Shown piece after piece: positions 19,354-30,292 of a stretch of DNA of 61,629 bases (the stretch's first letter is position 1; every line of letters starts with the position of its first letter). Where the stretch lies: sequence record DRR723986_7088; one strand, given 5' to 3'. A program made the translations under genes and the position numbers. Below the pieces are notes generated by a model, which was not told the origin of the DNA, made no database searches, and worked only from the letters and a program-made list of their open reading frames with translations.

Positions 19354-21316
19354 TTGCTATTTCCTTCTCACTGAGTTTTTTCGGGCGCTTTAATGCCCGC
19401 AACTGGGATAACGCGTCACTGTCTCGGCGGTACTGACAGCGCTCAAAGGCGCTGCTAAACGCGGCAAACCAAGGCGCCCACTCCGGTGCTTGCTCACCGA
19501 CCCGCCGAGAAAAAGCAGCGACCGTTTCCCCTGGCTCACGCCGCAGGCCCGTTCGCCGAGCCAGTCGCCGACACGCCGTATGATAATAACGCAATGCCGG
19601 CTCGCGGCGAGACGCACGCCAGGCGGGTTTGAACATCATTAATGCCACAAGTGCCATCGGCAATGCACCAAATATCAATAAACCCACCAACATCCGCTTA
19701 ACACTGATCCCTCCCATCAGCGACGACAGCACACCACTCTGACGCTCGCTATCGTAATTCAGCACCCAATTTGCCCATGCGTAGTTCACGCTATCCAAGT
19801 ACAGCCGTATATCCCGCGCCCAGTCAAAGCGTCGCAAAGACAGCGGTGATTTACCGAGAAAGCCCTGTTGCGCACTCAGCATAGAATCTGCACCCAATGC
19901 CACACGATCCGGCGCGACTGTCGATGTTGGATCAATTCGCTGCCAGCCTCGCGCTGGTAACCATACTTCGGCCCAGGCGTGGGCATCACTCTGGTGAACC
20001 AATAAATAGTTGTCGGTGGTATTGACCTCGCCACCTTGATAGCCCACTACCAGCCTTGATGGCACACCGGCGGCGCGCATCAAGAATACAAAGCTGCCGG
20101 CGTAATGCTCGCAAAAGCCCTGCCGGCTCTCAAAAAGGAACTCGTCGACATTGTCCCGCCCCAATAACGCCGGCTTGAGCGTATATTCAAACGGGCTATT
20201 CCTAAAATACCGCAGGGCGGCAGCGACGCGATCAGCAGGGTCCGGGTATTGTCTCGCCCACTGCAAGGCCAGTTCCCGCGCTCTGGGGCTATCGTTCCCG
20301 GGCAGTCGCAGGTTTCGCTGCAATACACGATTGCTGGCCTCGGTTCGCGGTTGCGTCAGCACAGAATCCACCACGTACTGAAGGCGCCCGGTCAGCGGCG
20401 CTTTTGGCAACCACTGATAGGCGCCAGCGTATCGAATATCATCCCGGTTTACCCGCGCGACCGGCAAGCTATAAAGCCACTCATGAGCCCCCGGCTCCAG
20501 CGTGACTACGTAGCGCTGTCTCTCCCCTTGTAAAGACGGTGGTGGTGGCGTTGTCAGTCTCCCCATGCGGTTGACCGTCCACCGCTGGGAATCGTAATTT
20601 TCAAGCACCAATCCGCGCCAATAGCGCTGCGACGGGGGAGGCAATTGGCCACCTTCAAAGCGCACACGAAAGGCTAATGCAGCGTTTTGACTCAGCTCCG
20701 CAATATCCCCAAAACGCAGCTCATCCGACATACCGGTCTGGGCCTTTGCGCCAGGCAAGGGCATGGACCACAGCGGGCCAATGCGCGGAAATACCAAAAA
20801 CAGGAAGAGCATTAGCGGTAAGGCCTGGATCAACATCAGCGCCGAAAGGCGCACACTCGCGGCAATAGCAGGCTTTTCTCGATACAACATTTGCTGGGCA
20901 GCAAGTATCGCCAGCAGTTGTAAAACGGCAACGGGCACCGCGTTGATCTGCTGCTCGAAAAGAAAGCGGCAGGCAACTACGAAATAGCACAGCAGCAATA
21001 CCAACCAGTGATCGCGGCGCTGTTTCAGCTCCAGGACTTTGAGAATGACGGCCAGCACCAGTGTTGCCACCATCGGTTCTAGCGCTAACCACTGGCGATA
21101 TTGCAAGTAAATGCCCGCGACAGAGAACACCACCAAGGCCACTTTCACCAGTGCCGACGGAAAGCTCCAAGCCGCTGTCACAATGCGCCAATACCACCAC
21201 GCCACCGCGCCCCAGACCAAGACCATCCAAATCGGTATGGTGGGCGCCAAGGGCGCAATCGCGGCAAGCTGCGCCAGCAACAGCCACATAACAGCAGGGG
21301 CAGAAGTTCTGGTCAC
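19346..21316 (-). CDS. tgpA: DUF3488 + transglutaminase-like domain membrane protein (TgpA family)
   Basis: N-terminal TM helices; Cys-His-Asp triad in GFCEHYA, DAHAWAEVW, RIDPT. Confidence 0.88.
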   Translation of the reverse strand: MTRTSAPAVMWLLLAQLAAIAPLAPTIPIWMVLVWGAVAWWYWRIVTAAWSFPSALVKVALVVFSVAGIYLQYRQWLALEPMVATLVLAVILKVLELKQRRDHWLVLLLCYFVVACRFLFEQQINAVPVAVLQLLAILAAQQMLYREKPAIAASVRLSALMLIQALPLMLFLFLVFPRIGPLWSMPLPGAKAQTGMSDELRFGDIAELSQNAALAFRVRFEGGQLPPPSQRYWRGLVLENYDSQRWTVNRMGRLTTPPPPSLQGERQRYVVTLEPGAHEWLYSLPVARVNRDDIRYAGAYQWLPKAPLTGRLQYVVDSVLTQPRTEASNRVLQRNLRLPGNDSPRARELALQWARQYPDPADRVAAALRYFRNSPFEYTLKPALLGRDNVDEFLFESRQGFCEHYAGSFVFLMRAAGVPSRLVVGYQGGEVNTTDNYLLVHQSDAHAWAEVWLPARGWQRIDPTSTVAPDRVALGADSMLSAQQGFLGKSPLSLRRFDWARDIRLYLDSVNYAWANWVLNYDSERQSGVLSSLMGGISVKRMLVGLLIFGALPMALVALMMFKPAWRASRREPALRYYHTACRRLARRTGLRREPGETVAAFSRRVGEQAPEWAPWFAAFSSAFERCQYRRDSDALSQLRALKRPKKLSEKEIANA

Positions 21317-22281
21317 CGGCCTGCCTCTGCGGGATAAATGGCCAGTTCGCGCAGCACCGCAGCGAGATGGGCAGGCCCTTGGCCCGCCGAAATATCCGCG
21401 GTCGGTAAATGAAGGGAAAACGGTAACTCTCGGCGGTCACATTCCAGCGCCCAGGCACACAGCGTGCTCAACCGATCCTCTACTGCCAATTCGGGCAAAC
21501 TCTCCCAATCCAACGATAGGTCATCGGCCCTGCTCTCTTCGTAGCGCTTGCTAAACAAGCCCTGCCCTTTGGCATATGCCTTCCAAAAAATACGTCGCGG
21601 CGATTCACCCGGCTGGTATCGTTCGAAGCCGCTGAACTCGTCGCTGTCACTGCGCATATCGAACACCTCTCCGTGCCCATCACCGCGCGCGCTGCTCATG
21701 AGTGGCCGCAGCGCTCTCGGGCGCGGGTACACCAAGCAGTGCCAGTCCAGAGCCGGCATTGCCCAACAACGAATCACGCCCAATGGGTAATCAGAGCGAA
21801 CTTGTATGCGGCCGGGATAGAGCCTCCCACGGCGCGGTGCCGGACAGGGCACCCTAATTTCAACGCCCTCGCCTTTGGCTAACTCGCTCACCTGCTTGCG
21901 TTGCCGGGGGAAACCAACCTGCAACTGGAAGCGCGGGCGCTGCTGGCTGTTGATATGAACGTGAAAATGCGCGGTATCACCAGCGAAAACCGGCTCACAG
22001 GCACCCGCCCGAATCTGCAAACCCGACAAATTGGTGTAGGTGTGCAGAATCACCACTAAGAACAGGCTGAACAGCAGGAATGTCAGCGCAAAAATAAGGT
22101 TGTTTTGGTAGTTAATGGCCAGCAGAAGCAAGCCCGATAGCATCAGTAAAAAACCGAGACCCGCTGAGGATGGGAAAATGAAGATCTTATTCTGACTCAG
22201 CACCCACGCGTTGCGCCGGGGGTTTCGCTTATCCAGCCACGCCTCGAAGCGTCGCTGAATTGCCGAGCGCAATGCTGACAT
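21313..22281 (-). CDS. DUF58 domain protein
   Basis: YPLG, VYP, YQPGESPRRIFWKAYAK; lies between moxR and tgpA. Confidence 0.88.
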   Translation of the reverse strand: MSALRSAIQRRFEAWLDKRNPRRNAWVLSQNKIFIFPSSAGLGFLLMLSGLLLLAINYQNNLIFALTFLLFSLFLVVILHTYTNLSGLQIRAGACEPVFAGDTAHFHVHINSQQRPRFQLQVGFPRQRKQVSELAKGEGVEIRVPCPAPRRGRLYPGRIQVRSDYPLGVIRCWAMPALDWHCLVYPRPRALRPLMSSARGDGHGEVFDMRSDSDEFSGFERYQPGESPRRIFWKAYAKGQGLFSKRYEESRADDLSLDWESLPELAVEDRLSTLCAWALECDRRELPFSLHLPTADISAGQGPAHLAAVLRELAIYPAEAGR

Positions 22282-22283
22282 GG

Positions 22284-23210
22284 CTAGGCCAGTACCGATA
22301 CCTGCGCGAGCATCTTTGCAACCAGCTCGGCGCCATCGGCATTGCTATCTGCTGCAGGCTGCAAACGGTGCGCCGCCACCGGCTCTAACACAGCCTGCAC
22401 ATCGTCGGGCAGCAGGTAGTCCCGACCCTCGAGCAAGGCCCACGCCTTGGCACACTGCAGCAGGGCGAGACCAGCGCGCGTCGAGAGACCAAAGGCTATT
22501 TCGGCATCCTGACGGCTAAAAGCGATGAGGCGCTGAATGTAGCTGACAACGCTACTGCGCACCTCCACTCGTTTTACCAATTCCTGCAAACGCTGTATTT
22601 GCGCGTCATCGAGGCAACTTGGGAGCGTCGTCAGCATCTCTCTAGGGTCACCGCCCTCCAGTAGCTGTCGCTCGGAGCGCTCGTCGGGATAGCCGAGAGA
22701 AATACGCATTAAGAAGCGGTCAAGCTGGGACTCGGGCAGCGGAAAAGTGCCCGACTGAAACCATGGGTTCTGCGTTGCAATAACGAAAAAGGGTTTTGGC
22801 AAGGAGCGCGTTTCCCCTTCAGTGGTCACCCTGCCCTCTGCCATCGCTTCCAACAGCGCACTCTGGGTTTTGGGGCTCGCCCGGTTGATCTCATCAACGA
22901 GCAAAAATTGGGTGAATACCGGGCCGGGGTGGAAGTGAAAGGCGTTACTATTGCGGTCAAATACCGACACGCCAAGAATGTCCGATGGCAGCATGTCACT
23001 GGTGAATTGCACTCTGCGGTAAGCCAAACCGGTCACCGCCGCAAAGGCCTGGGAGAGCGTCGTTTTACCGACACCAGGCAAATCCTCGACCAGCAGGTGC
23101 CCGCCGGCAAGCAAACAACACATTGCCTGCTGTATCTGCCGATCCTTACCCAGCAGAACGTTTCCAATCTCTGCGCGCGCGGCGCTCAGCTGTTCCAGAT
23201 CAGACGGCAT
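22284..23210 (-). CDS. MoxR-family AAA+ ATPase
   Basis: EDLPGVGKT, DEINRASPKTQSALLEAM, ATQNP, PLPESQLDRF. Confidence 0.95.
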   Translation of the reverse strand: MPSDLEQLSAARAEIGNVLLGKDRQIQQAMCCLLAGGHLLVEDLPGVGKTTLSQAFAAVTGLAYRRVQFTSDMLPSDILGVSVFDRNSNAFHFHPGPVFTQFLLVDEINRASPKTQSALLEAMAEGRVTTEGETRSLPKPFFVIATQNPWFQSGTFPLPESQLDRFLMRISLGYPDERSERQLLEGGDPREMLTTLPSCLDDAQIQRLQELVKRVEVRSSVVSYIQRLIAFSRQDAEIAFGLSTRAGLALLQCAKAWALLEGRDYLLPDDVQAVLEPVAAHRLQPAADSNADGAELVAKMLAQVSVLA

Positions 23211-24411
23211 CTAGCCCTCTCTGCAAATCGGCCTTGAGATCGGTAAGCTCCTCCAGGCCCACAGCAAGCCGGATCAAATTGTCACTGATGCCGCTCTCGG
23301 CGCGCTGCGCGTCACTGAGACGGCCATGAGTGGTGGTCGCTGGATGAACAATCGTGGTCTTTGCATCACCCAAATTGGCGGTGATTGACACCAAGCGGGT
23401 AGCATCGATAAAGCGCCAGGCAGCATCGCGCTGCCCTCTCACGGTGAAAGACAATACACCACCAAAGGCTTTTTGTTGCTGCGCTGCAAGTTTGTGCCCT
23501 GGGTGCGAGGGCAAACCGGCATAATAGACCGTTTCAATCTTATCTTGCTGCGCTAACCATTGCGCCAGTGCCAGCGCACTCGCACTGTGCGCCATCATAC
23601 GCAGACGCAATGTTTCCAGGCCCTTTAAAAATACCCAGGCATTGAAAGGGCTCATTGTCGGGCCAGCGGTGCGGATAAACCCGAGGATCTCATCCATATG
23701 TTCGCGGCGCCCAACCACAGCGCCACCTACGCAACGTCCCTGGCCATCGAGATATTTGGTCGCCGAATGCACAACGATATCTGCGCCCAGAGCCAAGGGC
23801 TGCTGTAGCGCAGGGGTGCAGAAACAGTTGTCGACCACCAGCAAACTGTCGCTCGCTTTTGCAAGCGCTGCCATCGCCGCAATATCGGCGACTTCGGCCA
23901 AGGGGTTGGAGGGCGACTCCAGAAACAACAGGCGAGTCTGTGGGCGCATCGCATGGCGCCACGCGTCCATATCCAGCGGCGAAACAAAGCTGGTTTCAAC
24001 GCCAAGCTTGGCCATGTACTTGCTCAGCAAGTTGGTAGTGGTGCCAAACACACTGCGCGAGCAAACGATGTGATCGCCGGCTTTTAACAGTGCGATACAG
24101 GTGCTGAGAATAGCTGCCATGCCCGACGAGGTTGCCACAGCCGCCTCACCACCCTCTAGCGCGGCAATACGCTCTTCAAATGTGCGAACGGTGGGATTGG
24201 TATAGCGGGAGTAGACATTGCCTGGCTGCTCACCGGAAAAGCGCGCAGCGGCTTCCGCCGCAGAGGCAAACACATAGCTGGACGTGGTAAAAATAGGCTC
24301 GGCGTGCTCACCTTCAACGGTGCGGCGCTGCCCCGCCCTGACAGCCAGGGTGTCCAACTCGCACTCAGCGAGCACATCGAGGCGCTGCTGTTGGTAATCC
24401 GCTTCTGTCAT
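23200..24411 (-). CDS. metZ: O-succinylhomoserine sulfhydrylase
   Basis: YSRYTNPT, HSATKYLDGQGR, NLGDAKT; purF-metZ synteny. Confidence 0.95.
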   Translation of the reverse strand: MTEADYQQQRLDVLAECELDTLAVRAGQRRTVEGEHAEPIFTTSSYVFASAAEAAARFSGEQPGNVYSRYTNPTVRTFEERIAALEGGEAAVATSSGMAAILSTCIALLKAGDHIVCSRSVFGTTTNLLSKYMAKLGVETSFVSPLDMDAWRHAMRPQTRLLFLESPSNPLAEVADIAAMAALAKASDSLLVVDNCFCTPALQQPLALGADIVVHSATKYLDGQGRCVGGAVVGRREHMDEILGFIRTAGPTMSPFNAWVFLKGLETLRLRMMAHSASALALAQWLAQQDKIETVYYAGLPSHPGHKLAAQQQKAFGGVLSFTVRGQRDAAWRFIDATRLVSITANLGDAKTTIVHPATTTHGRLSDAQRAESGISDNLIRLAVGLEELTDLKADLQRGLDAV

Positions 24412-24423
24412 AGTTGGCGCTCC

Positions 24424-25944
24424 CTACGACACATCGTTGTGTAAGCCTACCAGGGCACCATCGCCCACCGCCGCGTTACGCGCAGTTTGCTTACTGTCGT
24501 TGCGATCGGCAGCCAATTTATCCAGATAGGCCTGGTCGACATCACCCGTGACGTAATTGCCGTCGAATACTGCGCAGTCAAAGGCGTCGATGTTGGGGTT
24601 GCCCTCTGCGGAACACTCCACTAGGTCATCCAGGTCTTGATACAACAGCCAGTCCGCCCCTATCTCCTTTTCGATCTCCTCAACGCTGCGATCATTGGCG
24701 ATCAGCTCCTGCGCCGATGGCATGTCGATACCGTAAACATTGGGGTAACGAACCGGTGGCGCAGCCGAGGCAAAATACACCTTGCGCGCCCCCGCATCTC
24801 TGGCCATTTCAATAATTTGCTGGCAGGTGGTACCACGCACAATGGAGTCGTCTACCAGCATCACGTTCTTGCCTTTGAATTCCAGGCCAATGGCGTTGAG
24901 CTTCTGTTTAACCGACTTCTTGCGCGCGCTCTGGCCCGGCATGATGAACGTACGACCGATATAGCGGTTCTTCACCAAGCCTTCACGGAATTTAACACCT
25001 AGAACGGAGGCCATAGACTGGGCAGCGATACGGCTGGAGTCCGGAATGGGTACGACAACATCAATATCGTGATCCGGGCGCTCGCGCAGAACCTTCTCAG
25101 CCAGGCGCTCACCCTGACGAAGGCGCGACTTGTACACCGATACGCCATCCATGATCGAGTCAGGTCGGGCAAAGTATACGTGCTCAAAGATACAGGGGCG
25201 GCAATGCGTCTCCGCCGCGCATTGGCGAACGGTGATCTCGCCCGCATGACTTATGTAGACGGCTTCGCCGGGTGCAACATCGGCCACCAGCTGAAAACCC
25301 AGCGCATCCAGAGCCACGCTTTCCGACGCGAGCATGTACTCCTTGCCCTGTGCGGTTTCACGCACGCCGTAAACCAGGGGGCGAATGCCGTTGGGGTCGC
25401 GAAAGCCAACAACGCCGTAGTTTGCGATCATTGCCACTACCGCATAGCCACCACGGCAGCGTTTATGTACGCCCGCGACCGCAGCAAAAATATCGTCGTC
25501 GCTGGGTACCAGTTTGCCCAACTTTTGCAGCTCGTGAGCAAAGACATTCAGCAAAACCTCCGAGTCTGACTCCGTATTCAAGTGGCGGAGGTCCGACTGG
25601 AATAACTCTTGCGACAGTTGCTCAGAGTTGGTCAGGTTACCGTTGTGGGCCAGGCTAATGCCGTAGGGTGAATTCACGTAAAACGGCTGTGCCAGCGCTG
25701 GGCTTGAACTGCCCGCTGTTGGGTAGCGCACATGGGCAATCCCCATGGTGCCCACCAGGCGCTGCATATGCCGCGTGTGGAAAACATCTCGCACTAGGCC
25801 ATTGCCCTTGCGTTGGTTCAGGCGGCCATCCTGGCAAGTAACGATGCCCGCAGCGTCCTGGCCACGATGCTGGAGTACAGTCAGGGCATCATAGAGATCC
25901 TGATTGACGTTGCGTTTGGCGACGATGCCAGCGATACCACACAT
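24424..25944 (-). CDS. purF: amidophosphoribosyltransferase
   Basis: MCGI N-terminus, [16 protein letters not shown]. Confidence 0.98.
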   Translation of the reverse strand: MCGIAGIVAKRNVNQDLYDALTVLQHRGQDAAGIVTCQDGRLNQRKGNGLVRDVFHTRHMQRLVGTMGIAHVRYPTAGSSSPALAQPFYVNSPYGISLAHNGNLTNSEQLSQELFQSDLRHLNTESDSEVLLNVFAHELQKLGKLVPSDDDIFAAVAGVHKRCRGGYAVVAMIANYGVVGFRDPNGIRPLVYGVRETAQGKEYMLASESVALDALGFQLVADVAPGEAVYISHAGEITVRQCAAETHCRPCIFEHVYFARPDSIMDGVSVYKSRLRQGERLAEKVLRERPDHDIDVVVPIPDSSRIAAQSMASVLGVKFREGLVKNRYIGRTFIMPGQSARKKSVKQKLNAIGLEFKGKNVMLVDDSIVRGTTCQQIIEMARDAGARKVYFASAAPPVRYPNVYGIDMPSAQELIANDRSVEEIEKEIGADWLLYQDLDDLVECSAEGNPNIDAFDCAVFDGNYVTGDVDQAYLDKLAADRNDSKQTARNAAVGDGALVGLHNDVS

Positions 25945-25977
25945 GCAGCCTTACCTCGTTGTTGCATATTGGTTAAA

Positions 25978-26499
25978 TTAGCGGTGAGCATCCCACAATG
26001 AGGACACCCAGCCGACGAGATCGTGAAAACTTTGTTCAGACCAGTCTCTCATCAATAGAAACTCAGGAATCAGTGTCGACTCCTGCCACCATTGGTCGTT
26101 TTCAATGCCGGTAAGTAATGACGGCAGCAGCACCAAGGCCGCAAGCACCACAATCATGCCTCTGGTGGTGCCAAAAATCATGCCCAACAACCGATCGGTG
26201 CCGCTCAAACCACTGCGTTTAACGACTTCGGCAATCAGGTGAGTCGCCAGGCTCCCCAGTACCAGCGCCCCCGTGAACAACAGCACGTAAGCGAGAATAT
26301 CGCGCAGGTACGGCTTATCGACCAGAGGTGCCAGCACCTCGACCATTTGCATGTGGAATGCAACAGCAATAAAAAAGGCGACCGCCCATGACACAAGGGA
26401 TAGCGCCTCGCGGACAAAGCCGCGCAGTAAGCTGATCAGTGAAGAAACAATGACGACAGCAAGGATGGCCCAATCAGCCCAATTAAAGCTCGTCAGCAC
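25978..26499 (-). CDS. cvpA: colicin V production protein
   Basis: RGFVREALSL, GLSGTDRLLGMIFG. Confidence 0.93.
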   Translation of the reverse strand: MLTSFNWADWAILAVVIVSSLISLLRGFVREALSLVSWAVAFFIAVAFHMQMVEVLAPLVDKPYLRDILAYVLLFTGALVLGSLATHLIAEVVKRSGLSGTDRLLGMIFGTTRGMIVVLAALVLLPSLLTGIENDQWWQESTLIPEFLLMRDWSEQSFHDLVGWVSSLWDAHR

Positions 26500-26565
26500 C
26501 GCGTGCGACTCCAGCGACCCGTGAAGGGGCGAATTCTACCAAGCTGTGCAGCCCAGCCCAAGCGT

Positions 26566-27228
26566 TTATCCTTCAAAGCGGCTGAGTATCGACTTCAGCG
26601 AGAAACGGCGGTTGATTTCCGCTTGCAAGGCCTCGGCGCGCTCACGACTCAGAGCCGGCCCAACAAGTACCCGATAAAGCGTTCTATCGCCGCGCTTCAA
26701 GGGCTCGCTGTAAGCTTTATAGCCGCCCTTGCGCAGGCGCTGCACAAGATTGTCAGCGTTACTTTGCTGGCCAAAGCTGCCACATTGAATCACCCAGGCA
26801 ACAGGCAAGCCGCGTGCTTCCTTACTGGGTTCAGCGGGCGGTGTTTTGCTAACGGTTGGCGCGGCTGGTTTGGCAGCCGGTGTAGTTGGTGCTGGTCGGC
26901 TATCGGTCGCTACTTTCTTTTTAGTTACTTCGTTTTGCGATACCGGCGGTCGCTCTGGCAGCGCCGCTGCCGCTTTTACACCGTCGCCACTGTAGCGACC
27001 ATCGCTGGGCTCGAGCACTTGCTGCGGCTCAACGATCGGCGCCAACGCCGAGGGGATATCTTTGGGCTTCTGGGGCTCTTGGACTTCGGGGGCCTCAATG
27101 CGCGGCGCCGGCGGGATTTGTGTACTGCGATCCAATTTGTACTCGGCGGGCCCCGTAAAGAGTAGCGACCAAAGTATCACGCCACCACAAAGCAAAACCA
27201 AAGTTCCAACTAATCGCTGTCTCATCAT
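26566..27228 (-). CDS. dedD: SPOR-domain cell division protein DedD
   Basis: QRLVGTLVL TM, Pro-rich linker, WVIQCGSF...YRVLVGP SPOR domain; folC-dedD-cvpA synteny. Confidence 0.85.
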   Translation of the reverse strand: MMRQRLVGTLVLLCGGVILWSLLFTGPAEYKLDRSTQIPPAPRIEAPEVQEPQKPKDIPSALAPIVEPQQVLEPSDGRYSGDGVKAAAALPERPPVSQNEVTKKKVATDSRPAPTTPAAKPAAPTVSKTPPAEPSKEARGLPVAWVIQCGSFGQQSNADNLVQRLRKGGYKAYSEPLKRGDRTLYRVLVGPALSRERAEALQAEINRRFSLKSILSRFEG

Positions 27229-28520
27229 TAGTGCAAAGTCTCAACAAAAGCGGTAGCAGGCATCGCTTGCATAACCGCCGAAACGGTAAAGAACGAGCCG
27301 AATACGACCAAACAGTCCCTGTCACACAGCGTCGCCCGAATAGCAGGTAAGGCGCTGGCGACATCACCAACAGTGTGTACTGCAGCGCTATCAACACCTT
27401 CATTTAACAAGTGACGCGCCAACACAGCTGGCGCCATCGCCCGCGCTATGCCAGGTAATTCCGGCAAGTACCACTGATCAATATAGGGGCTTAGCTCCCT
27501 CAAGCTCCCCGCTATTTTTTTATCTTCCATCACCGCCAGCACGGCTGTGCACTTGCCACCGTTGGGCATGTCGGCCAACTGCTTGGCCAAGCGCGACAGG
27601 GCCGCTGGGTTGTGGGCAACATCGAGCAGCAAACTATGCTCACGCAAGGGCAGCACTTCCCCGCGGGCAGCGATGTGAACCTGCGCTAAGCCCTCTCGAA
27701 TCGCCGTTTCACTGACCGGTAGTTCAAACAGACAAACAGCTTGCAGGACTGCTGCCGCGTTGTCCAACATCACCGGCGGTAGCGGTAGCGATCGCAGCAA
27801 GCGCTCAGAGCCATCTCGTCGCTGCCCCCGCCAATGCCAGCAATCTGCGGCCTCTTCGAAGAAAAACTCACTGCCCCGAGCGTAGAGCGGCGCATCAAGT
27901 TGCTGCGCAATATCGACGACCGCCGCACTGCTGCGCGGATCACCGAAGATCAGCGGTGTGTTCGCCCTGGCAATGCCGGCTTTCTCACGGGCGATAGTTT
28001 CTCTGTCATTACCCAGCCATGCCTCGTGGTCGAGATCCACGGAACTGATCAAGGCGAGATCGGCATCGACAATGTTGACGGCGTCCAAGCGCCCTCCTAA
28101 GCCGACTTCAAGAATCAGGACATCCAGCTGAGCGTCGGAGAAAAGCTGCAGCGCAGCCAGGGTGCCAAATTCGAAAAAACTCAGCGACAGTGAGCCGCTA
28201 GCCCTATCGACCTTGTCGAAAGCTCGTACAAGGGCGGCATCTGCCACCTCTTCACCATCAATACGAACCCGCTCGTTATAGCGCAGTAAATGCGGTGAGG
28301 TATAGGCCCCCACCCGGTAACCTTCTGCTTCCAATATTGCCGACAACAATGCCACACAGGAGCCTTTGCCGTTGGTACCGGCAACGGTGATCACGGGCAT
28401 GGTGAGCGCAAGATTCATTTGCTGAAAGACCGCTGAAACGCGGTCTAGGCCGAGGTCAATCTGGCGAGGGTGCTGCGCCTCCATCCATTGCAACCAATCT
28501 TGCAATTGCACAAACCGCAT
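27228..28520 (-). CDS. folC: dihydrofolate/folylpolyglutamate synthase
   Basis: VAGTNGKGS, YTSPHL, LEVGLGGRLDA, DVAHNP. Confidence 0.96.
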   Translation of the reverse strand: MRFVQLQDWLQWMEAQHPRQIDLGLDRVSAVFQQMNLALTMPVITVAGTNGKGSCVALLSAILEAEGYRVGAYTSPHLLRYNERVRIDGEEVADAALVRAFDKVDRASGSLSLSFFEFGTLAALQLFSDAQLDVLILEVGLGGRLDAVNIVDADLALISSVDLDHEAWLGNDRETIAREKAGIARANTPLIFGDPRSSAAVVDIAQQLDAPLYARGSEFFFEEAADCWHWRGQRRDGSERLLRSLPLPPVMLDNAAAVLQAVCLFELPVSETAIREGLAQVHIAARGEVLPLREHSLLLDVAHNPAALSRLAKQLADMPNGGKCTAVLAVMEDKKIAGSLRELSPYIDQWYLPELPGIARAMAPAVLARHLLNEGVDSAAVHTVGDVASALPAIRATLCDRDCLVVFGSFFTVSAVMQAMPATAFVETLH

Positions 28521-28535
28521 GGGGCGCTTACCTGT

Positions 28536-29408
28536 TTAGTTTTGGTAGAAGGTGAGGTTACCCAGCACTCTGGCAAGGGTGTCGCGCATATCTGCACGAC
28601 GAACAATCATATCGATGGCGCCATGTTCCAGCAAAAACTCGCTGCGCTGGAAGCCCGGCGGGAGTTTTTGACGAATGGTCTGCTCGATGATGTTCGGCCC
28701 AGCAAACCCAGCGCGAGCACCCGGCTCTGCCACATTGATGTCGCCAAGCAGCGCCAAACTGGCAGAGACACCGCCATAAATTGGATCGGTCATTACCGAG
28801 ATATAGGGCACGCCATTTTGCTTGAGGCGCTCAAGTACGGCACTGGTCTTCGCCATTTGCATCAAAGAAATCAGTGCTTCCTGCATGCGCGCTCCGCCAG
28901 ATGCGGAAAAGCACACCAATGGACGACGCTCTTGCAGGGCGATATTCGCAGCCTGGGTGAACTTCTCTCCCACTGCCGAGCCCATCGAACCACCGTGGAA
29001 ATTAAACTCGAACGCCACCGTCACAACAGGTACGTCTTTCACTGTGCCTTTGTAGGCAATAAGAGCGTCTTTTTCGCCCGTGCTTTTCTGTGCCGCAGCG
29101 AGGCGGTCTTTGTACTTTTTCTTGTCTTTGAACTTCAGGCGGTCAACAGGCTCGATGCCACTGAGAATTTCTTCGCGACCCTGCTCGTCCAAAAACAGCG
29201 CGATCCGGCGTCGGGCGCCAATGCGCATATGGTGGTCACACTTCGGACATACGTCCTGATTTTCTTCAAGCTCAGGCCGGTATAACACCGCCTCACACTT
29301 TACACACTTCTTCCACAACCCTTCTGGAACAACACCGCCCGACTTCCGCTTTTCCGAAGGATCTGAACGGCGCACCCCTGAGGGCAGAATTTTATCAACC
29401 CAGCTCAT
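28536..29408 (-). CDS. accD: acetyl-CoA carboxylase carboxyltransferase beta
   Basis: Zn finger CVKC...[17 protein letters not shown]. Confidence 0.97.
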   Translation of the reverse strand: MSWVDKILPSGVRRSDPSEKRKSGGVVPEGLWKKCVKCEAVLYRPELEENQDVCPKCDHHMRIGARRRIALFLDEQGREEILSGIEPVDRLKFKDKKKYKDRLAAAQKSTGEKDALIAYKGTVKDVPVVTVAFEFNFHGGSMGSAVGEKFTQAANIALQERRPLVCFSASGGARMQEALISLMQMAKTSAVLERLKQNGVPYISVMTDPIYGGVSASLALLGDINVAEPGARAGFAGPNIIEQTIRQKLPPGFQRSEFLLEHGAIDMIVRRADMRDTLARVLGNLTFYQN

Positions 29409-29458
29409 TGTTATTTCCTGTCTGTTATCGTGCTTTTAGTTTTTACTGTGGCGCCGCT

Positions 29459-30280
29459 TCAAACGTCGGCTACCGCATCTATGGCTTTGCGAATATCGGC
29501 GATCAGTGACACCGCCTCCGCTATTTGTTTGTCAGTATCTGCAGCGTTATCCCATTTGGCAAGACGGTCCACCAGTGCGCTACCGACCACAACGCCCTCA
29601 CACAAGGGCGCAATCGCCGACGCAGACTCACCGTCTTTAATACCGAAACCAACGGTTACCGGCAGATCGCTATGCTGGCGAATGCGCTGCATTTGCTCAC
29701 GCACGCTGTCTATATCTAAGTGACCCGCACCAGTGACGCCCTTTAAGGACACGCAGTACAGGTAGCCACTCGCCAAAGCGGCCACTTTCGCAACGCGCTG
29801 ATCGCTACTCGTTGGCGCCAGCAAAAAGATGTTATCCATACCAGCGTCACGCAACAACTGACTGGTTTCTCCGGCTTCCTCCGGGGGCATGTCAACAGTG
29901 AGCAGCCCGTCAACGCCTGCCTGCTTGGCGCGCTCGGCAAACTGTGAGTAACCCATGTGCTCAACCGGATTGGTGTAGCCCATCAACACCACGGGGGTTT
30001 CCGCGTTGGTTTGGCGAAACGCCGCCACCATGTCCAATACTTGGGAGAGCGACACATGGTGTTCCAACGCGCGCTCGTGAGCCAGCTGAATGGTTGGCCC
30101 CTCAGCCATGGGGTCTGAAAATGGTACCCCCAGCTCAATAATGTCGGCACCGCTGTCGACCAGCGCATGCATCAGTGAGACCGTATGCTGCGGCGCAGGA
30201 TCACCCGCAACAATATATGGTACCAGGGCTTTCGCACCGCGCTCGGCAAGTTGTTCAAATACTTTCGCTAGACGACTCAA
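29459..30280 (-). CDS. trpA: tryptophan synthase alpha
   Basis: ELGVPFSDPMAEGPTIQ, GFGI, VVVGSA. Confidence 0.97.
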   Translation of the reverse strand: MSRLAKVFEQLAERGAKALVPYIVAGDPAPQHTVSLMHALVDSGADIIELGVPFSDPMAEGPTIQLAHERALEHHVSLSQVLDMVAAFRQTNAETPVVLMGYTNPVEHMGYSQFAERAKQAGVDGLLTVDMPPEEAGETSQLLRDAGMDNIFLLAPTSSDQRVAKVAALASGYLYCVSLKGVTGAGHLDIDSVREQMQRIRQHSDLPVTVGFGIKDGESASAIAPLCEGVVVGSALVDRLAKWDNAADTDKQIAEAVSLIADIRKAIDAVADV

Positions 30281-30292
30281 TGTCCTTCCCCG

